42,802 bases of DNA from Chlamydiia bacterium (GCA_043751475.1 JAYUZV010000039.1:1-42802); one strand, 5' to 3'; positions 10,492 to 18,301 are shown, numbered from the stretch's first letter. Notes: generated by a model from the sequence alone, not told the origin. Numbers and translations are program-made.

Positions 10492-11274
10492 ATGACCTTA
10501 CAAGAAACCCCTACCCCAAACAAAATCACCCTTCAAACCCTCGTAGAGGCGGGCGCCCATTACGGCCACCAAGCGGCAAAATGGAACCCAAAAATGGCCC
10601 CCTACATCTATGGTAAGCGCAATAAAATGCACATTATCGACATGTCCAAAACAATGGGTTCTTGGGAAAGAACGGAAAAGTTCCTCACTCAGGCTGTCTT
10701 AGACGGCAAACAGTTCCTTTTTGTAGGAACTAAGCGGCAAGCCGCGCCAGCTATTGAAAAAGCGGCAAAAGATTCAGATTGCATGTATGTTAACCACCGC
10801 TGGCTCGGCGGCCTTCTTACAAATTTCGAAACAATCAAACAAGCTATTGCCAGACTAAAAGACTGGGAAAACAAGCTTGCAAATGACCTGACCCTCACCA
10901 AAAAAGAGCGCGGTCAGATTACCAAAAACATCGAGAAAAAACTGAAAACAATTGGCGGAATTCGCGAACTTCGCGTAGCCAAAAACATTGTCCTTATTAT
11001 TTCTGATATCAACCAAGAGTCTCTCGCTCTTCAAGAGGCGCGCTGCCTTGGGTTCCCGGTTGTCGCAATTGTCGACACCAACACAAACCCGGAGCTGGTC
11101 GACTACCCAATTCCAGCTAACGACGATGCTGTAAAAACCATTGAGCTCATTCTAAACTCCATTTCCCACCTAATTCAAACAGTTAAATCGAGCAGAGCTC
11201 CTGCAATCAGTAAAGATGCGGATGATGCAACAAATACACTCATGAGACAGGCTATCGCAGAGAAGGGAGATTAA
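10492..11274 (+). CDS. rpsB: 30S ribosomal protein S2
   Basis: GAHYGH..KWNPKM, LFVGTKRQA, RWLGGLLTN, VDTN, PANDDA. ATG 10492 preferred; upstream ATG 10444 is possible. Confidence 0.96.
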   Translation: MTLQETPTPNKITLQTLVEAGAHYGHQAAKWNPKMAPYIYGKRNKMHIIDMSKTMGSWERTEKFLTQAVLDGKQFLFVGTKRQAAPAIEKAAKDSDCMYVNHRWLGGLLTNFETIKQAIARLKDWENKLANDLTLTKKERGQITKNIEKKLKTIGGIRELRVAKNIVLIISDINQESLALQEARCLGFPVVAIVDTNTNPELVDYPIPANDDAVKTIELILNSISHLIQTVKSSRAPAISKDADDATNTLMRQAIAEKGD

Positions 11275-11278
11275 TTAT

Positions 11279-12139
11279 ATGGCAGATATCACAGCGCAAA
11301 TGGTTAAAGACCTACGCGACCGCACCGGCGCCGGTATGGGCGATTGCAAAAAAGCTCTTGTTGAAACAGATGGCAACATGGATAACGCAGTAGATTTTCT
11401 GCGTAAAAAGGGGCTAGCTAGTGCAGGCAAGAAAAAAGACAGAGACGCCAATGAGGGTCTTGTAGCCTATTGCGAAATTAACGACTCTGCAACTACCGCT
11501 TTTGTTGAAATGTATTGCGAGACAGACTTTGTTGCTAAAACAGACAAATTTACAGGCTTATTAAGCCGTTTTTGCCTGCAAGCTGCGAGCAAAAACCCAG
11601 ATTCTATCGAATCCTTTTTAAGCAGCCCATCTCTTGATGACGCATCTTTAACTGTACAGCAAAAAACCGATGAACTTATCTCCATTTTGGGAGAAAATAT
11701 CGGCATTGCACGTATTGCTGTTATTAACCGCGGACCAAATGAGTCTGTTGGAGTCTATAGCCACAACAATGGCCAGATTGTAGCAGCGGTTCACCTGACC
11801 GGCTCTGCAGATAAAGCGCAGCTTGCACGCAATTTAGCGCAGCATATTGTCGCTTTCGCACCCTCGTACCTATCGAGTGCGGAGGTGCCAGCTGATATTA
11901 AAATGCGCGAGCTAGATATTGCAGCAGAAAAAAATGCAGGCAAACCAGCGCAAGTGCTTGAAAAAATTGCCGCTGGAGCTCTTGCCAAATATTACGCAGA
12001 AAATTGCTTACTTGATCAAAAATACCTCCATGACGACAGTAAGTCTGTAGCGCAAATATTGGAACAAGAGAAAGCTTCCATTAAACAGCACATCTACTGG
12101 AAAGTGGGTGGAGCCAAGCCAGAACAAGCCGAGAGTTAA
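11279..12139 (+). CDS. tsf: Elongation factor Ts
   Basis: VKDLRDRTGAGMGDCKKAL and CETDFVA motifs; follows rpsB. Confidence 0.97.
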   Translation: MADITAQMVKDLRDRTGAGMGDCKKALVETDGNMDNAVDFLRKKGLASAGKKKDRDANEGLVAYCEINDSATTAFVEMYCETDFVAKTDKFTGLLSRFCLQAASKNPDSIESFLSSPSLDDASLTVQQKTDELISILGENIGIARIAVINRGPNESVGVYSHNNGQIVAAVHLTGSADKAQLARNLAQHIVAFAPSYLSSAEVPADIKMRELDIAAEKNAGKPAQVLEKIAAGALAKYYAENCLLDQKYLHDDSKSVAQILEQEKASIKQHIYWKVGGAKPEQAES

Positions 12140-12146
12140 TTTAATA

Positions 12147-12869
12147 ATGTCTATTAAGCCCTGTTTCAAGCGTGTGCTGATTAAGCTCTCCGGAGAGGCG
12201 CTCTGCGGAGAACAGGGTTTCGGCTTTTCAGCTGCGGCAACAGCTAAAATTGCAGAGGCAATTCAAAAGGCGCATGCCGCTGCAATTGAAATTGCGATTG
12301 TTGTTGGCGGCGGCAACATCTTCCGCGGAAGCCTTGCTGAGGAGTTCAATTTTAAACGGACACCAGCGGACCATATCGGGATGCTCTCGACAACTATTAA
12401 TGGGCTAGCCCTTGAACAAGCACTTGCCAACCTAGGTTGCAAAACCCATATCATGAGCGCCTTTAACTGCGCGCCTATTATTGAAAATTACAACTGGCAT
12501 AAGGCTATGGACCTTCTGAAAGATGGAGTGATTCTCATCTTTGTTGGCGGTACTGGCAACCCTTACTTTACGACTGACTCTGCGGCTGCACTAAAAGCGT
12601 GCGAAATTGAGGCGGATATTCTGCTTAAAGCGACAAAAGTAGATGGCGTCTATTCGGACGACCCCAAAAAAAATCCAAATGCAGTAAAAAGTGATAGGCT
12701 GACCTACAACGAGATCTTATCTGGTCAGCTGGGTGTCATGGATGCAACCGCTGTTGCGCTCTGCCGTGACAACAACCTACCCATCTACGTCTTTAACATT
12801 TTTACGACAGGCTCGCTGAATAGCGCAATTTTTGAAAAGTCTGGCGGCACACTGATTTCAGGAGATTAA
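12147..12869 (+). CDS. pyrH: UMP kinase
   Basis: RVLIKLSGEAL, VGGGNIFRG, GTGNPYFTTD, DGVYSDDPK. ATG 12147 preferred over the track start 12108. Confidence 0.97.
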   Translation: MSIKPCFKRVLIKLSGEALCGEQGFGFSAAATAKIAEAIQKAHAAAIEIAIVVGGGNIFRGSLAEEFNFKRTPADHIGMLSTTINGLALEQALANLGCKTHIMSAFNCAPIIENYNWHKAMDLLKDGVILIFVGGTGNPYFTTDSAAALKACEIEADILLKATKVDGVYSDDPKKNPNAVKSDRLTYNEILSGQLGVMDATAVALCRDNNLPIYVFNIFTTGSLNSAIFEKSGGTLISGD

Positions 12870-12876
12870 TCTTATT

Positions 12877-13434
12877 ATGTCAGCACTCGATGATGCCAAA
12901 GCAGGGGCAGCAGATGTCCTTACAAGCCTACAAAACCGTTTTGCAACACTCCGCACAGGAAGCGTGACTCCATCGCTTCTTGACCCTGTAACTATTTCTA
13001 TGCCGGAAATTAGCGATAAGCCCATGAAGCTGACCAAAATTGCTTCTGTCACTCCTCAGGGGCGCACTTTAGTGGTCACACCGCTTCATCAATTTAAGAA
13101 AGCACCCATTGAAAATGCGATTAATCGCGCAAATCTGGGGCTAACCGCGCAGGCAAAAGAGGGTATAATTTACGTAGCCATTCCGCCGCTTGACGGAAAC
13201 CAGAGAAAGCTTATTGTCAAAGATGCAGAGAAAATGGCCAATGAAGCTAAAATTGCTATGCGACAAGTCAGACAAGATGTAAATGATGGTATTAAGAAGG
13301 CGAATAAGGATGGCGACCTAACAGACAACGAGAAAGAGGCAGCTCTTGATAAGGTGCAGAAGGTTACGGACGAGACGATGAAGGCCATTGATAAATTGCT
13401 TGAGGCGCAGACAAAAAAAATTACAACGATTTAA
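12877..13434 (+). CDS. frr: Ribosome recycling factor (divergent)
   Basis: 185 aa, LRTG..PSLL, IPPL, KIAMRQVRQD; canonical position after pyrH. Confidence 0.9.
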   Translation: MSALDDAKAGAADVLTSLQNRFATLRTGSVTPSLLDPVTISMPEISDKPMKLTKIASVTPQGRTLVVTPLHQFKKAPIENAINRANLGLTAQAKEGIIYVAIPPLDGNQRKLIVKDAEKMANEAKIAMRQVRQDVNDGIKKANKDGDLTDNEKEAALDKVQKVTDETMKAIDKLLEAQTKKITTI

Positions 13435-13439
13435 TCCGT

Positions 13440-13496
13440 GCTAAGATTAGCTAACCCAAAATTGGTAGCGCTAAAATTAGCTACACCAAAATTGGT
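13440..13496. repeat. Direct repeat, 2 x 27 bp with 30-bp period, each unit holding two small palindromes
   Basis: GCTAAGATTAGCTAACCCAAAATTGGT (13440-13466) and GCTAAAATTAGCTACACCAAAATTGGT (13470-13496), 24/27 identical. Confidence 0.85.
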
Positions 13497-13497
13497 C

Positions 13498-13527
13498 TTG
13501 CTGAAAAAAGCAGAAACGGTATAAAAT
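13498..13527 (+). promoter_or_regulatory. Putative promoter for tRNA-Glu/tRNA-Lys
   Basis: TTGCTG followed by TATAAA (16-bp spacer) or TAAAAT (18-bp spacer), ~22 nt before tRNA-Glu; same -35 hexamer as upstream of tRNA-Ser. Confidence 0.5.
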
Positions 13528-13548
13528 CGAGCCAGTTATTTGCAAAAT

Positions 13549-13623
13549 GGCCCCTTCGTCTAGCCCGGCCTAGGACATCAGGTTTTCATCCTGGTAACGG
13601 GGGTTCGAATCCCCCAGGGGTCA
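13549..13623 (+). tRNA. tRNA-Glu(TTC)
   Basis: Acceptor GGCCCCT/AGGGGTC, anticodon arm TCAGG-TTTTCAT-CCTGG, T arm GGGGG-TTCGAAT-CCCCC. Confidence 0.96.
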
Positions 13624-13651
13624 TTAATTTGTAAACACACCCATATTGTAT

Positions 13652-13723
13652 GGGATCTTAGCTCAGCGGTAGAGCAGTGCCCTTTTAAGGCATTGGTCGT
13701 AGGTTCAAATCCCACAGGTCCCA
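13652..13723 (+). tRNA. tRNA-Lys(TTT)
   Basis: Acceptor GGGATCT/AGGTCCC, D arm GCTC-AGCGGTA-GAGC, anticodon arm GTGCC-CTTTTAA-GGCAT, T loop TTCAAAT. Confidence 0.96.
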
Positions 13724-13726
13724 TTT

Positions 13727-13754
13727 AGACTTCCTTAACAGGAAGTCTTTTTTT
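13727..13754 (+). terminator. Rho-independent terminator after tRNA-Lys
   Basis: AGACTTCCT-TAAC-AGGAAGTCT followed by a T tract. Confidence 0.9.
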
Positions 13755-13801
13755 ATTTGTAAATTAAATTAAAACAAATTAAAACCATGTTAACGACAAA
13801 C

Positions 13802-13840
13802 AAAGAAGGGCGCCCCTCCACAGGACGCCCTCTTCTTTTT
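13802..13840. terminator. GC-rich hairpin, probably a bidirectional terminator
   Basis: Minus strand GGGCGTCCT-GTGGA-GGGGCGCCC then TTCTTTGTTT; the plus strand is followed by TCTTCTTTTT. Confidence 0.6.
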
Positions 13841-13844
13841 AATC

Positions 13845-14034
13845 ACGCCGCAGCGAAACAAGCACGGATTACCCCTTGAGTCACCTTTTTTCATCACCAC
13901 AGAGCCTGTGAAGGGGTCAGTCTTGTTACAGGCAAGTCCATCCAGGAACCCTTCAAACATTGGCAGATAACTTTACAAAGATTTTGAAACGGAGCGCCTG
14001 AGTTTATTTTTCTAACTATTTCCGCACGTGGCGT
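13845..14034 (+). ncRNA. Candidate structured ncRNA, 6S-RNA-like
   Basis: The ends pair (ACGCCGC..GCGAAA / TTTCCGC..GTGGCGT); inner stem TGAAGGG/CCCTTCA with apical CTTGTT/GGCAAG; ~190 nt; segments resemble E. coli SsrS as I recall it. Strand and identity are uncertain. Confidence 0.35.
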
Positions 14035-14122
14035 TTAATTACCTTTTTTACCACCACAGAGAAGAGAGAAAAGGGTAATTAAAGGCTATCTACAAAAGGA
14101 GCTGTAGATACAAGGGCCTCCT

Positions 14123-15352
14123 CTAAGCGATGAGGATGTGGTAGAAGGCACGCTTGCCGACTTTTAGTTTGAAATTCCCACTTGTAAGCGCGCTGAGTAG
14201 CACGGCTGGATCTTTCACCTTCTCTCCGTTCAATGTCACACCACCACCTTCAATGAGACGACGTACCTCGCTTTTGCTCTTATCTGGCGTAAGGGCAAAG
14301 CAGAGGTTGCCAAGGCTGAGCCCTGTAAATGTCAGGTTAAGCGCTTTAAGCGGCGTGTCACTATACTCAATTAACTCCTCATCGCGCGATTGAACCTGCT
14401 TATAGAAGTGGCTCGCAGCAGCAGCTGCCTCTTCTTTGCTATAAAACTGGCAGACGATATCAAAAGCGATCTCTTTCTTGCTCTCCATCGGGTTGTGACC
14501 CTCTTTTTTAAGCAGATGAGCCATTTCATTAATTTTCTCTGCGGCGAGGTCTGAGACAAGGCGCGCGTACTCTAAAATGAGGTGGTCAGGAATCGACATC
14601 AGCTTGCCGTACATCTCATTTGGCGGATCGGTTAACCCGATATAATTGCCAAGAGATTTGCCCATCTTCTGCTCGCCGTCAGTGCCGCGCAAAAGCGCCA
14701 CGCAGGCGACAATCTGCTGCCTTTTATTGTGGATATGTTGAATTTCTCTGCCCATGAGGCAATTGAAGAGCTGGTCTGTACCACCCATCTCTAGGTCGGC
14801 GTTAATCATCAGCGAATCGTACCCCTGCATAATTGGGTAGAGAAGCTCGTGAAAATGGATGGGAACTCCTTCTTTGTAGCGGTTATGAAAATCTTCGCGC
14901 TGAATAATTTGGGCCAGTGTAATTTTGGAAATCAGCAAAATGGTCTGCCGCAAATCCATTTTATCTAGCCAGCTAGCGTTGTAGTGAATCTCTGTTTTAG
15001 AGAGGTCAAGAATTTTGGAGAGCTGCTCGAAATAAGTTTTGGCATTAGCTGCAATTGCTTCGGGTGTGAGCGGTGGGCGCGTCTTGTTACGGCCTGTTGG
15101 ATCACCGATGCACGCCGTAAAATCACCTAAAATCACCACCACTTGGTGGCCAAACTCTTGAAATTGACGCAACTTTTTAAGAGCAACTGCATGGCCGAGG
15201 TGCAAATCGGGTGCCGTCGGGTCAAACCCTAGCTTAATACGCAGCGGAGTGGCTGTTTCAAGACTCCATTTGAGTTTTTCTTCGAGTCCCTGTGCAGGAA
15301 CAAGAATTTCTAGATTTTTGCTTAATCTATTGATCTGTTCTTGAAGAGTCAT
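14123..15352 (-). CDS. tyrS: Tyrosine--tRNA ligase, type 2 (TyrZ-like)
   Basis: IKLGFDPTAPDLHLGH (HIGH), YPIMQGYDS, GGTDQLFN, KMGKS, C-terminal S4-like domain. Confidence 0.96.
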   Translation of the reverse strand: MTLQEQINRLSKNLEILVPAQGLEEKLKWSLETATPLRIKLGFDPTAPDLHLGHAVALKKLRQFQEFGHQVVVILGDFTACIGDPTGRNKTRPPLTPEAIAANAKTYFEQLSKILDLSKTEIHYNASWLDKMDLRQTILLISKITLAQIIQREDFHNRYKEGVPIHFHELLYPIMQGYDSLMINADLEMGGTDQLFNCLMGREIQHIHNKRQQIVACVALLRGTDGEQKMGKSLGNYIGLTDPPNEMYGKLMSIPDHLILEYARLVSDLAAEKINEMAHLLKKEGHNPMESKKEIAFDIVCQFYSKEEAAAAASHFYKQVQSRDEELIEYSDTPLKALNLTFTGLSLGNLCFALTPDKSKSEVRRLIEGGGVTLNGEKVKDPAVLLSALTSGNFKLKVGKRAFYHILIA

Positions 15353-15660
15353 ATGCGATATCCGCCGTGATTAAACAAACGAGAGGCTGCGGAAACAACA
15401 CCAACAACAACCACAATAGGCAGCAAAACAAAGCCAATACCGCCTGTAATGGTAGCGGCAAACATCGACAGCGATAGCAGAAGAGCCGCAATAACTGCGA
15501 TGGTTGAAACAGTGCCCAGTAGATAGCCAACAGCTGCAAAAACAAGCGAGAGAAGACCAAAACTAAAGCCAGCAACTTTTGCAATTACTGTACACTTTTG
15601 AAAAACCGGACTTGACTCTGCTCTAGCTGGCGGGAAGAAAAGCTGGGATAATAGCGACAT
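15349..15660 (-). CDS. Small membrane protein with a ~60-aa continuous hydrophobic stretch (Inc-like)
   Basis: ATG start, hydrophobic residues ~29-92, stop overlaps the tyrS start (ATGA). Confidence 0.7.
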   Translation of the reverse strand: MSLLSQLFFPPARAESSPVFQKCTVIAKVAGFSFGLLSLVFAAVGYLLGTVSTIAVIAALLLSLSMFAATITGGIGFVLLPIVVVVGVVSAASRLFNHGGYRI

Positions 15661-15839
15661 ATTTACTCTCTACTTATTTTCTAGCGCAATTTTAGGTTTT
15701 AACCCTGTTCTTGCCCAAAATTTTCTCGCATTAAGAAAATATTTACAAGGCCTTTTTATCTTTCTCTGCGCATCGACAAAATTGACGCGCTGTAAAAGAG
15801 CGCAGTATACCACCCTAGCGATTTTTCAGCTTACCAAAA

Positions 15840-16496
15840 TCAACGAAGGAGGGTCTCGGCAAAAGCCAGATCTTGTTTGGTGGTGATTTTGAAGTTTTCG
15901 GCAGAGCCGGGGGTGATGGCCACTTCTTTACCAGATTCAAAAAGAAGGCGGCAATCATCTGTCACCGCGCTAAAATCGGTGCGCTGCGCGTAGGCTTTCA
16001 TGATCCAATCGTAGCGGAAGGTTTGTGGTGTCTGAACACAAAAGAGGGTGGCTCTATCGGGCATGGAGGTAATAAATCCGTCGCGCACTGCAATAATTGT
16101 GTCTGTTGCGGGTATGCATGTGGTAACAGCGGAGGCCTCAACGACGCGCGCTATATTAGCCCGTAAAATTTCCTCGCTTACAAAGGGCCTTGCCGCATCG
16201 TGAATCAAGACATACTCTGTCGCTTCATGGCACGCTTTTAGGGCGCTGTAGGACGATTCATAGCGCGTAGCGCCACCAACGATAATGGCGTGGCCCGGAG
16301 ATTCACTTTTTACAAGCTCTATAAATGGCTCTGCTACCACAACAATAATTTGCGAAAAGAGGCTCGATTTAGCAAGCCTAGCAAGCGCGTGCTGGTAGAC
16401 CCTCTTGCCACCGAGCATCTGGTACTGTTTAGGCAGCTCTGTGCCAAAACGCGCGCCGCTACCGGCCATTAAAAGAATTGCTGTGCAATTAACCAT
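15840..16496 (-). CDS. ispD: 2-C-methyl-D-erythritol 4-phosphate cytidylyltransferase (IspD/TarI family)
   Basis: LMAGSGARFG..PKQY, GGATR, IHDAARP, VQTPQTF, TDD and NFKITT motifs. Confidence 0.9.
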   Translation of the reverse strand: MVNCTAILLMAGSGARFGTELPKQYQMLGGKRVYQHALARLAKSSLFSQIIVVVAEPFIELVKSESPGHAIIVGGATRYESSYSALKACHEATEYVLIHDAARPFVSEEILRANIARVVEASAVTTCIPATDTIIAVRDGFITSMPDRATLFCVQTPQTFRYDWIMKAYAQRTDFSAVTDDCRLLFESGKEVAITPGSAENFKITTKQDLAFAETLLR

Positions 16497-16498
16497 GA

Positions 16499-16852
16499 TT
16501 AATATCCAAAGAAGCAGTGGCTCTTATAGTCAAATATGGAGGCTACAATAATCATGATAATTCTTTCCATAAAAAGGATAGAAAGGGGAAGAAATGAGAA
16601 GAGAATGGCTCTGCTAAGCATCCCTTTTTTAAAGGAAATCCAGGCCATCGGAAGGGCAAAAAGTGTGATTAATACAAATAGGAGGCTAAGCAGAATTTGA
16701 ACACCCAGCTCTGAGGCAAAATTTGTGACGGTGAGCTGAAAGAAAAGGTCGGCACTCTTTCTAATCAGTGGAAAGAGATAGCCGCAAGTGGCAACCATGC
16801 ACAGCCACTCCACCCGATCTGCTATAACCGACTGCCCCGTTATATTAACCAT
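16499..16852 (-). CDS. Hypothetical membrane protein (about 3 TM)
   Basis: 117-aa hydrophobic ORF tightly packed between its neighbours on the same strand. Confidence 0.65.
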   Translation of the reverse strand: MVNITGQSVIADRVEWLCMVATCGYLFPLIRKSADLFFQLTVTNFASELGVQILLSLLFVLITLFALPMAWISFKKGMLSRAILFSFLPLSILFMERIIMIIVASIFDYKSHCFFGY

Positions 16853-17177
16853 ATAAAAAAGCCCCTATAAAAAAGGGAATAAAGAGGATACCAAGCAAGC
16901 AGAGCCCTTTGTGCGAGCGCTCTAACTGGCGCATAATGGCGCGCTCGTTGCCATCTGCCCAGGCCATCCAGAGGCCACAAAGAGTAAATAGAAGAAAGAG
17001 GTCAACAACCCAGATAGGTGTCGCAATTAAAAGAAGACCTCGTCCAAGGGGGTAACCGAGAGCCATAACAAAATAGGTGAGCCAGTAGAAAGGATAGTAA
17101 GAGAGAAAGAGTGCACCTATCAAAAGCAGAGATCTCACGCTCGATCTTTCCCCTAAGCGCTCCTCTTCTCCGATCAC
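16845..17177 (-). CDS. Hypothetical membrane protein (about 3 TM)
   Basis: 110-aa hydrophobic ORF; GTG start abuts the upstream stop, and its stop overlaps the next ATG. Confidence 0.65.
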   Translation of the reverse strand: MIGEEERLGERSSVRSLLLIGALFLSYYPFYWLTYFVMALGYPLGRGLLLIATPIWVVDLFLLFTLCGLWMAWADGNERAIMRQLERSHKGLCLLGILFIPFFIGAFLYG

Positions 17178-18200
17178 TTAGACAGCCCCTTCTTCCGGAT
17201 TCTCTGATACTCTTACCTCTAGTACATCTGGTCGTCTCAAGGAAACAATCCCAGGCGATCGAAACAATCTACGTATAGGACTTCCTGGAAGAGGTGAGCC
17301 GAACAGATCTGGACGACCCTTAATTTGGAGAGGTGGATGCGGCGAACCTTGCGGAACAACATGCTGTCCGAGAACAGCCGCTGCAAGCTCACAAATCTCT
17401 TCCGGAATAGATCCGTTTGGCTCTTTCAAAATAGCCTGAACAAGAACCCGGACCTCCTCTGATCCTTCCTCTAACATCAGATTACCGGCTACGATATGAA
17501 TGCCCTGTGCAGCTAATCCAAGCGCGTCTATATGCGTATCAATAGAATTATCAAGAGCTTGTTGCTGCCGTTCTGCACGACCTGTTGCCAAATCAATTTG
17601 CTCTTGAATTCTTAGAAGCTCTTTTTGTCTTTTTTCAAGATCCGCTGTTCGTGCTTCAATACTCACATCCAGCCTAGCAAGCACCTTAGATTCAGAAGCG
17701 ATACATGCCATAACAGCCTGTACACCACCAGAAACTGCATTTGCGCTGCCAGCGATTTGGTCTGAAGTATCACTCAACTTCTCATTGACAGCAACCGTGA
17801 GTTTTACCGCAGCTTCAAGATCTTTGATCTGTGCCGCAGATTCTGTAGCACTTTTTTCAGCGGCCTCTTGTTGTTTGGTAAGCGCCTGTTGTGTTTTGTC
17901 TAGCGTCGCTAGTGTCGTTGCAAGCTGCTCGCTATTGGCTTGATCTGTGCTGCAACGGCCTAAATGACGCGCCGCATAAAAAAGGGCCACTGTAATGCAG
18001 AGATTAATAAGGGTCAGAAGAATGGTAAAAAGCACAGCCACAACAATGGTCTGAATGGCTGCAATAATCGCAATCAGCAGAACAATTCTGGCCGGTGTTT
18101 TTGAGATTTTTGTCTGTGCGGCACTTGCCGCAGCTGCAGCCGTTGCACCAGCCTCCAAAAGACCCCCCTTATCAAATCCCCCTGCATCAATACCACTCAT
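17178..18200 (-). CDS. IncA-like protein (bilobed hydrophobic domain plus coiled coil)
   Basis: Hydrophobic residues ~39-77, long Q/E/A/K-rich heptad region, Pro/Ser-rich C-terminal tail. Confidence 0.7.
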   Translation of the reverse strand: MSGIDAGGFDKGGLLEAGATAAAAASAAQTKISKTPARIVLLIAIIAAIQTIVVAVLFTILLTLINLCITVALFYAARHLGRCSTDQANSEQLATTLATLDKTQQALTKQQEAAEKSATESAAQIKDLEAAVKLTVAVNEKLSDTSDQIAGSANAVSGGVQAVMACIASESKVLARLDVSIEARTADLEKRQKELLRIQEQIDLATGRAERQQQALDNSIDTHIDALGLAAQGIHIVAGNLMLEEGSEEVRVLVQAILKEPNGSIPEEICELAAAVLGQHVVPQGSPHPPLQIKGRPDLFGSPLPGSPIRRLFRSPGIVSLRRPDVLEVRVSENPEEGAV

Positions 18201-18272
18201 TTTTTACTCATCGCTCAAATTTTAATTCTTATGCTAGTAAATTATCGATTTGACAGCTAGAAAAATTTTGGC

Positions 18273-18301
18273 TTGACATGTGAGGGAGCTCCTAGGAGAA
18301 T
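18273..18301 (+). promoter_or_regulatory. Putative sigma70-type promoter of pgeF
   Basis: TTGACA-17 bp-GAGAAT in the divergent intergenic region. Confidence 0.55.

Noticed and set aside
13447-13474. CIRCE/HrcA operator (TTAGC...GCTAA)
   Set aside because: The span is 28 bp rather than 27, the inner ACTC/GAGT bases are missing, and no chaperone gene follows.
13432-13871. 11-bp inverted repeat TAATCCGTGCT / AGCACGGATTA flanking the tRNA pair, resembling the repeat core
   Set aside because: Too short, does not extend on either side, and could be chance.
13790-13960. 56-aa minus-strand ORF (MFEGFLDG...) and a tmRNA-tag-like frame ending CFAAA*
   Set aside because: No RBS, the ORF runs through a terminator hairpin, and there are no tRNA-like tmRNA ends.
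15352-15840. T-box riboswitch upstream of tyrS
   Set aside because: No T-box consensus found; the region directly upstream is a coupled CDS.
13549-18200. Integrative element inserted at tRNA-Lys or tRNA-Glu
   Set aside because: No integrase and no duplicated tRNA 3' end seen in the window.
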